Source of the DNA: Promethearchaeota archaeon
Lineage (GTDB): Archaea; Asgardarchaeota; Lokiarchaeia; Sigyniarchaeales; SOKP01
Direction of reading: 5' to 3'
Assembly: GCA_016839765.1 (NCBI GenBank)
Contig: JAEOTP010000069.1
Span: 32,001-96,000 of the forward strand
DNA: 64,000 bases
Shown here one piece after another: positions 57,675 through 64,000 of the stretch. Position 1 is the stretch's first letter. Each line of letters starts with the position of its first letter. A model generated the notes under the pieces. That model saw only the letters and a program-made list of their open reading frames with translations, was not told the DNA's origin and made no database searches. A program made the translations under genes and the position numbers.

Positions 57675-58223
57675 ATGGTTAAAATATCTGATATCAAAGT
57701 TGGAGATGTTATTAAGAATGAATTTGATGGAATTACACGAGAATTATTAAGAGCCTATGCTAAAGCCTCAGGAGACACTAATCCAATTCATACCAATGAT
57801 GAGATAGCGATTAGGGCTGGGTTAAAAGGAATTATAGCGCATGGACTTTTTAGTTTTGGTTTTATTACCAAATTATTTGAAGATTTTCTTGAACACGGTA
57901 AGCATGGAAAACTAATAGAAACTGATGTAGAAATGAGAGGCATGGTACGGTGTGGGGATCTACTTGTTACAGAAGCAGAGGTTACTAAAGTTGAAGGAAA
58001 ACGAGTTTATTTGGATATAACTCAAACAACCTTTACTAATATTGACATTAAAGATAAGAATGGAAATATTATGAAGCAATTTGAAGCAGGTGAAAGAGGA
58101 TATATTTCAGATAAAGATAGAGAACAAGGGTTAGTTAAAACAAAAGAAATTTCAGAAGGTGTCCTTTCGTACAGAGAGCGTGTCGCAACACCAGGTTCTG
58201 CCATCATAGAATTATATGAGTAA
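57675..58223 (+). CDS. MaoC family (R)-specific enoyl hydratase/dehydratase
   Basis: YAKASGDTNPIH and IAHG motifs; GGAGGT RBS at 57662 favours ATG 57675. Confidence 0.85.
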   Translation: MVKISDIKVGDVIKNEFDGITRELLRAYAKASGDTNPIHTNDEIAIRAGLKGIIAHGLFSFGFITKLFEDFLEHGKHGKLIETDVEMRGMVRCGDLLVTEAEVTKVEGKRVYLDITQTTFTNIDIKDKNGNIMKQFEAGERGYISDKDREQGLVKTKEISEGVLSYRERVATPGSAIIELYE

Positions 58224-58397
58224 ATTCATTTCATTTATTTTAAATTTTATATTTTATTTTCTTTTTGTTTTTTATACTCATTAACTTTAAAATATCAAAT
58301 TGCTATGTTATTTTTGAAATAACATTTTTATAGTTTTACGACAAAAGAGTTTATTGCAAGTATTCAAATTAAAACATAATAAAGTCGAATAATTCTA

Positions 58398-61331
58398 TTG
58401 AAATCTCTTAGCTTAGATGAAGAAAAAGTAAAGGATTTGATATCAAGCGGTAACTACGAAAAGGCCGCAGATGAAATTTTTGAAGTTTTAGAAGATCAAA
58501 ATAGTTCAGATAAGGAACTAATATACAAAAGTCTAAACCTTTTAAATTTAATCTGTGATAAATCTCCTTCCATTTCAGAGCGTATCGTAAAAAATATAGA
58601 TTCAATTATAAATGATGCAAATTCTTGGATTCGATTAATCTCTTTAGAGATTCTTTATCAAATTTCACTGTATCGTCCTAATTTATTGATAGATCTTATA
58701 GAGAAAATAAGAAATCGTTTTTATGATCAAGAGTCTGCTGTTCGAAGATTATCAGTTAAAATAATTGGAAATTTAATTATCTCATTACATATTGATCGTG
58801 AAGATTTAAAAACCATTATCGAGGAATTCACGGAAAAGCTAATGGACAATGACTGGAAGGTTAAATTAGAAGTAATCAAAACCGTAAAAAAAATTCTAAA
58901 CCAAGATTATACTAAAATTAGAGATTTAGAGCCCTTATTATCAATCGTAATTGTAAATCTTAGAGATGAAGATGATGATGTTGCTAGATCTGCTGCAGAA
59001 TTGCTTAAAATTATTGGTATTTATTTTCTGTCCAAGGAAAAAGTCATGTATATCCTCTTAAATTTATTGTACAATGAGGAATCCCGAGTAAAAGAGTTAA
59101 TTATATGGTTATTTGGAGAAATTGGTAAAGAAAAATCTTCAGAAATAATCCCTTTTATTCCCAAATTAATTAATCTTCTAAAGGAAGATCATTATAGAAT
59201 TCAGATTAAAGTAATAGATGCTCTTGTAAGTATTGCTCAAAATAATTTCGATCAAATTTGGTCAAATTTAATTAATACTCTTTATACCACCAGCGACAAT
59301 GATTTTAAGAATGTAATAATTAACGCCCTCTATCATCTAAGTCAGAATAATATTACAGAAATCTTTAATTACATCTTTGAAGAACTCGAAAATCCATCCG
59401 AAAATGTTAGGGATGCCGTTGCTTTAGTTTTCAAACGATTATTTGAAGAATACCAAGTTGAGATTGAAAATGAAATTACAAAAATATTGTATCGATTAGA
59501 ATCTAAATATTGGAGAGAACGAAAAAAGGCTATAAATCTACTTGGTAATATTTGCTTTATTTTAGAGAGTAAAAAAATTGCGGTTTGGCTTTATGTTGAA
59601 TTAGAAAAAAGATTTAAAATTGAAACCGATCCCGATGTACAAGAAGAAGTTTTATTTACTTTGAAAAATATTAGACTAAATTTTAACAAAATTGATAATA
59701 TCATTCAAAAGGTAAACGAAGATTTGGATAATTTTCATAAAACAATTAAGGAATTTCAAAGAATACCTGCTCAATTTCGTGAAAAAATGAATTCGTACAT
59801 AAAAGAATTCAAATTTCATGAAACAGAAATTAAGTTAAATAATATTTATTCTGATATCGTCAAGAGGATAAAGAAATTCAATAAGAAGATAAATAAATTC
59901 GAATATAAAAGACTCGCATTTAATTTAATCGAAGATTGGCAAGAGACCAAATTACTCATTATTGATGAGCTGAGTATTATAAAAGGATTCATTTCTGAAA
60001 TATTTGAAGAAAAAAAGGCGGAATTTACATTAAATCTAAAATCAAGAATTAAAGTACTTCAGGATAGAATCTCGGTATTAAATGCTCAATTTGAATTTGT
60101 CAAGAATTATAAATTTCCAGATAATTTAGACAATATGTTAATGAGTCAGAGCCAAGATAAAGAAGTAGAAGAAAGATTTACTCAATTCACACAAATGAGA
60201 AATTATTTATTTAGACTTGATGATGATATTAGAGAAATTCTTGTAGATAATGTAGAATTTAATGAAATTTTCAAAGATTTATTGAGAAATTGGGTTGCTA
60301 CAAAAATCCAAATCCAAGAGTACTTAAGCGATTTAGATAAGAAAATAAAGCAAATTAAGGATAATATAGTAAATTATTTTATAAAAACAACTAAAGATGA
60401 TACTCAAGAATTAAAGATTAATGGTATTAAAAATGAGTTAGGCTTCCAATTATTTCAGGGGCATATTCAATCAATTATCACTCAGAGTATTGAAGGTTTT
60501 AAAAAATTTAATGAGAGTTTTAAAAAATTAGATTCCAAATTAGAGATATTAATTCAAAAAAGTGAATTTTCTGATGCTAAAAAACTAATTGAAATGAACT
60601 CAAACCAAATTCAAAATTTCATAGAAGACTATGAAGCCCAGATTGACAATATTATAGGTAAAGTTGTTGAAGATAAAAGTGATATTTTTAATTTGTATGT
60701 AAGACCCTATATTACAAAATTTGTGTCTTCAAAAGAGTTCCTTATCAATAAGCTAAAAGCCTTTTCGGATAAGGGATATAATAAAATATATTTAAACCAA
60801 ATAAAATATTATTTAGAAGTAATAAATCCAATTAACTTAGAAAATTTAGCATTATATTTAGAAGTAGATATTGAATATCTAAAAGATATAATCCTAAATT
60901 ACATTCATAAGAATAAATTAAAAGCTAAAATAGTAAATGATAATCTTTATTCACCAAAAATCGAAGAGGATTTTATCGAAGCAAAGGATTTGCTCTTTTT
61001 CAAAAATATTAAAACTATAGGAAATAAAATGTATTTAAACTTTAAGTTAAATAATCCTACGAATTTTAATTTTCGAGAAATCCAGATTTCACTCAAGATT
61101 CCATCTTATCTTTCATTTATCAGGAAAGAAAGCTTCCCCAGCTATTTATATCTGAATGAATTAAAGTCTGGTAGTGTTTTTAAATTTAACTATGTTGTTA
61201 AAATCGACAGAAATATTGAGAAAAATTTAGCAGATCCAACCGTAGATGAGATTAACCTCAATCTATATTATAGAGATTCGTTTGATATCACTCGCAAAAC
61301 AACAAAAAAAATTGATCTCCTTCTACCCTAA
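58398..61331 (+). CDS. HEAT-repeat solenoid + coiled coil + PCI-like winged helix + C-terminal beta-sandwich protein
   Basis: Repeats D.D..VR..A (about aa 60-420); INLENLALYLEVD...IILNYI...LKAKI (PCI-like); beta-rich tail FKLNNPT...IQISLKIP. Confidence 0.75.
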   Translation: MKSLSLDEEKVKDLISSGNYEKAADEIFEVLEDQNSSDKELIYKSLNLLNLICDKSPSISERIVKNIDSIINDANSWIRLISLEILYQISLYRPNLLIDLIEKIRNRFYDQESAVRRLSVKIIGNLIISLHIDREDLKTIIEEFTEKLMDNDWKVKLEVIKTVKKILNQDYTKIRDLEPLLSIVIVNLRDEDDDVARSAAELLKIIGIYFLSKEKVMYILLNLLYNEESRVKELIIWLFGEIGKEKSSEIIPFIPKLINLLKEDHYRIQIKVIDALVSIAQNNFDQIWSNLINTLYTTSDNDFKNVIINALYHLSQNNITEIFNYIFEELENPSENVRDAVALVFKRLFEEYQVEIENEITKILYRLESKYWRERKKAINLLGNICFILESKKIAVWLYVELEKRFKIETDPDVQEEVLFTLKNIRLNFNKIDNIIQKVNEDLDNFHKTIKEFQRIPAQFREKMNSYIKEFKFHETEIKLNNIYSDIVKRIKKFNKKINKFEYKRLAFNLIEDWQETKLLIIDELSIIKGFISEIFEEKKAEFTLNLKSRIKVLQDRISVLNAQFEFVKNYKFPDNLDNMLMSQSQDKEVEERFTQFTQMRNYLFRLDDDIREILVDNVEFNEIFKDLLRNWVATKIQIQEYLSDLDKKIKQIKDNIVNYFIKTTKDDTQELKINGIKNELGFQLFQGHIQSIITQSIEGFKKFNESFKKLDSKLEILIQKSEFSDAKKLIEMNSNQIQNFIEDYEAQIDNIIGKVVEDKSDIFNLYVRPYITKFVSSKEFLINKLKAFSDKGYNKIYLNQIKYYLEVINPINLENLALYLEVDIEYLKDIILNYIHKNKLKAKIVNDNLYSPKIEEDFIEAKDLLFFKNIKTIGNKMYLNFKLNNPTNFNFREIQISLKIPSYLSFIRKESFPSYLYLNELKSGSVFKFNYVVKIDRNIEKNLADPTVDEINLNLYYRDSFDITRKTTKKIDLLLP

Positions 61332-61523
61332 ATTTTAATGAATGTATTATTCATGGTTATCGAAAAATTCGATAGATATATCGAAGAAATGAATCAATTA
61401 ATAAATAAGTATTAATTCTGAAATACATAAATTACAAAATCTAACTACAAATTAAGAATTCTAATTAAATCTTGAGAAAGAAAAACTTAAATATTTCTTG
61501 ATTAGTAATATTAGAGGTGAAAT

Positions 61524-62552
61524 ATGGAAAAAGAAAAAGAGTATAGACTTACTTCACAAGTTAAAATACATGGATGATCATGCAAACTTGGCCCAAATAG
61601 TTTAGAAAATTTACTGCAAAAAGCTGGTTTATTAGGAAATTTTGAAGACGCTGCTATATTACCGGTGCCTAATAGCGATTTGGTCTTAGTAAAAAACTTG
61701 GATATTTTTACTCCAATCGTAGATGAACCAGAAATCCAGGGTGAAATAGCCGCGTGTAATGTAACAAATGATATATTTGCCATGAATGTACCTGAAATTT
61801 CTGGAATGCTGGTTTTTCTAGGTATTGATACGATTATGCCTATGGAAATCGCTGAAAAAATACTTATTGGCATAAAAAGTTTCATGGAGAAAAAGGTAAA
61901 CTCAAAAATAGTTGGTGGACACACTATATATGCTGAAGGACCGTTAATAGGCGGAGAAGCATCAGGATACGTCCAAAGCAATATGATTATTAAAAAACAA
62001 GGAGTTAAAGAAGGAGATAAATTAATCCTTACAAAACCAATCGGGTTACAAGCTATAATGGCAGCTTATAGAATTTTGAAAGATTTTCCAGAAATGCTAG
62101 AACAATATTCAAAAGAAGAGTTAATGAAATCTATCAAATTTGCTGTTGAATTGATGACCATACCCAACCAAAACGTTGTAAAAGCAATACATTCTTACGA
62201 AAACTTCTCTTTCATACACGCTATGTCTGATGTAACGGGCTTTGGATTAGCAGGTCATACAAAGGAAATGTTACAAAATTCTAATTTATCAGCAGTTTTA
62301 GAAAAAATTCCTTCTATAAAATTATCGAAAGAACTCTCAAACGAATTAGGTTATGCTTTTGATGATTGTACCTGTCATGAGACCGCTGGAGGTATGTTGA
62401 TGGCTGTTGATCCTGCTAAATCAGAAGAATTTTCTAATACATTATATAGTAATGGGATTAACAATTGGATTGTGGGAACAATCGACTCTGTAAAACCAGG
62501 AACAGTTAGAGTTGATGAAAACATAGAAAATATAGAAATACAAAACTTATAA
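61524..62552 (+). CDS. selD: Selenide, water dikinase (selenophosphate synthetase), selenoprotein
   Basis: ATG 61524 after a GAGGTG RBS: MEKEKEYRLTSQVKIHG-U(TGA 61575)-SCKLG, in frame with ORF 61665; DIFTP, GGHT, LTKPIG, DVTGFGLAGH and ETAGG motifs. Confidence 0.95.
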
Positions 62553-62626
62553 AGATGTCATTGATATAAACTTAAACACCTTTATGGTGAGTGTTTATTG
62601 AGAAATCCACCTGCAAGGTGGCATCT
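62553..62626 (+). promoter_or_regulatory. Eukaryote-like SECIS element in the selD 3' UTR
   Basis: Helix I AGAUGUCA/UGGCAUCU; UGAU...UGAG core; helix II AUAAAC/GUUUAU; unpaired AAA; apical mini-helix CACC/GGUG. Confidence 0.85.
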
Positions 62627-62640
62627 AGAAATATATTGTA

Positions 62641-63429
62641 TTACTCCTTTATTTTTCCATTAAGATTTAAAACTATTGTTCTAGCTTCATTTAGTGCTTT
62701 ATTGACTAACTCTTCTCCATTATCCACATTGAAACAGGTAATAGAAACTTCAACTTCTACTGATAATCCTATTCTGGGATGTGTTTTTATCCAAAGTTGT
62801 GGATATTTTTCTTCTAATCTAGTAATATAAGGAGCAATCTGGCTTTCCCCAATTCCAGAAAAAAGAAAACTTCTTTCTATAAATTTGCCTTGTTTTTCTT
62901 TTAAGATTGGTGTTATAACATTTCTAAACATTGCTTTCATTTCTGCGGGAACGCCGGGAAGTATAAAAATGATAGCATCTTTTTCAGATATTTTAACTCC
63001 GGGAGCCGTACCTACAGTATTTGGCAAGGGGGTGGCACCTTGAGGGAGATATGCCATCTTTTTTCGCTCATTTGTCATTCCCTCAAGTTTTAAGAGCCCT
63101 CTCTTATACGCCCTTTCGTATACTTTTTTGATGGTATTATACGCATGTTCATTTAACTCTAACTTTCTATTCAAACCCTTCGCTATACCTTCTAAAGTCA
63201 TATCATCAAAGGTTGGACCTATACCTCCTGAAGTTATAATTATGTCTGGTTTACGCTTTAAGATATTTTGTAAAGTAGATGATATCAAATCCAATTCATC
63301 TCCAATTGTTGTGATTCTCTTTAGTCTATGTCCATATTTCGCAATTCTTTTAGCCATCCAATTTGAATTAGTGTCTTGTGTTTTTCCAATTAAAATTTCA
63401 TTTCCAACTACCAAAATTTCAACTTCCAT
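62641..63429 (-). CDS. CinA-like molybdopterin-binding domain protein
   Basis: GNEILIG...DTN, SGGIGPTFDDMT, GTAPG, LPGVPAEM and GES motifs. Confidence 0.9.
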   Translation of the reverse strand: MEVEILVVGNEILIGKTQDTNSNWMAKRIAKYGHRLKRITTIGDELDLISSTLQNILKRKPDIIITSGGIGPTFDDMTLEGIAKGLNRKLELNEHAYNTIKKVYERAYKRGLLKLEGMTNERKKMAYLPQGATPLPNTVGTAPGVKISEKDAIIFILPGVPAEMKAMFRNVITPILKEKQGKFIERSFLFSGIGESQIAPYITRLEEKYPQLWIKTHPRIGLSVEVEVSITCFNVDNGEELVNKALNEARTIVLNLNGKIKE

Positions 63430-63623
63430 TCTAATTCAAATCCTATTATTAAAAATAATATTTTAAATAATTCTCAATACAATAATATTATTAAAATTTT
63501 AAATAGAATTTGATTCTTACCAGTAAATATAGATAATCTATTTGAATTTTCCAATAACAAATTTGAAATCATATAATTCATTTGATTAATAATACTTGAA
63601 ATGATGAAGATGATTTTATAGCT

Positions 63624-64000
63624 ATGACTATTGAAATTGATGATGCCGGAACCGGAGATTTAGTTGGTAATGCTTTTATAGGGTTATTAAGAAAAGAAAC
63701 AGATGAAATTATTTTTAAAACACTCCCCGTAGAATTATTTCAAAGTACTAATTGGAAAAACAAAATTCCATATAAGAAAACACTTGATTTAGTTAATGAG
63801 GGACTAAGGGAATTAGATTTTATTAAATATAAGGAGAAAATACTAATATGTCGAGGAAATATCTTTGATGAGGTTAGGAATTATTTTGATGAGGAAGGAA
63901 TTTTATATGAGCAATCGATAATTGAGGGGAAATTACAAGATGCAGTAGAAGGTAAATTAATAAATCATCTTAGAAATGATCTCGGTATTAAATCTAAAAA
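63624..64000 (+). CDS. Uncharacterised RNase H-like fold protein; partial, runs off the window end; not in ORF track
   Basis: MTIEIDDAGTGDLVGNAFIG...ICRGNIFD...IEGKLQDAVE; frame open to the end of the window. Confidence 0.65.
   Translation, partial: MTIEIDDAGTGDLVGNAFIGLLRKETDEIIFKTLPVELFQSTNWKNKIPYKKTLDLVNEGLRELDFIKYKEKILICRGNIFDEVRNYFDEEGILYEQSIIEGKLQDAVEGKLINHLRNDLGIKSK

Noticed and set aside
61665-62552. ORF-track start (GTG 61665) for SelD, or reading selD as a pseudogene
   Set aside because: The upstream in-frame sequence has an RBS, an ATG and the catalytic U-x-x-K motif, and a SECIS follows the gene, so UGA 61575 is best read as Sec
80-63466. Many 60-160 aa ORFs antisense to or nested in larger genes (e.g. 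80..346, 11081..11467, 13962..14291, 17332..17739, 38711..39049, 61511..61981, 62591..62830, 63128..63466)
   Set aside because: They are shadows of well-supported genes and have no recognisable motifs
1-64000. CRISPR arrays, tRNA/rRNA genes, IS elements, integrases or proviral genes
   Set aside because: No spaced direct repeats, no GC-rich structured RNA islands and no transposase, integrase or capsid motifs seen by eye; tRNAscan-SE and Infernal would be the decisive checks

Overview
A very AT-rich, gene-dense chromosomal segment that looks like an Asgard archaeon, most likely Lokiarchaeia/Promethearchaeota. Archaeal core genes (TFB, archaeal-type ProRS, proteasome beta subunit, histone, Nog1 GTPase, methanofuran genes mfnE/mfnF) sit alongside eukaryote-signature proteins: a 2-domain gelsolin, a longin-like protein, an EMC3/TMCO1-like insertase, a RING protein, a UBC-like/JAMM fusion and a HEAT-PCI-beta-sandwich protein. 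The ORF track truncates selD. The real gene starts at 61524, has an in-frame UGA (Sec) at 61575-61577, and is followed by a eukaryote-type SECIS hairpin. The best candidates for undescribed biology are: (i) two tandem fusions of a PlsY-like domain to a CTP-dependent lipid kinase (Sec59/Dgk1/Vte5 type), about 5 kb from a GlpA-like G3P dehydrogenase operon; (ii) a Zn-ribbon module shared between the gelsolin C-terminus and a small stand-alone coiled-coil protein; (iii) a RING / Thr1-less proteasome beta / UBC-JAMM neighbourhood; (iv) a 900-bp motif-rich non-coding region upstream of a variant histone. I also found small ORFs and gene remnants missed by the ORF track. No rRNA, tRNA, CRISPR array or transposase was seen. 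All assignments are by eye from motifs; no database search was run.
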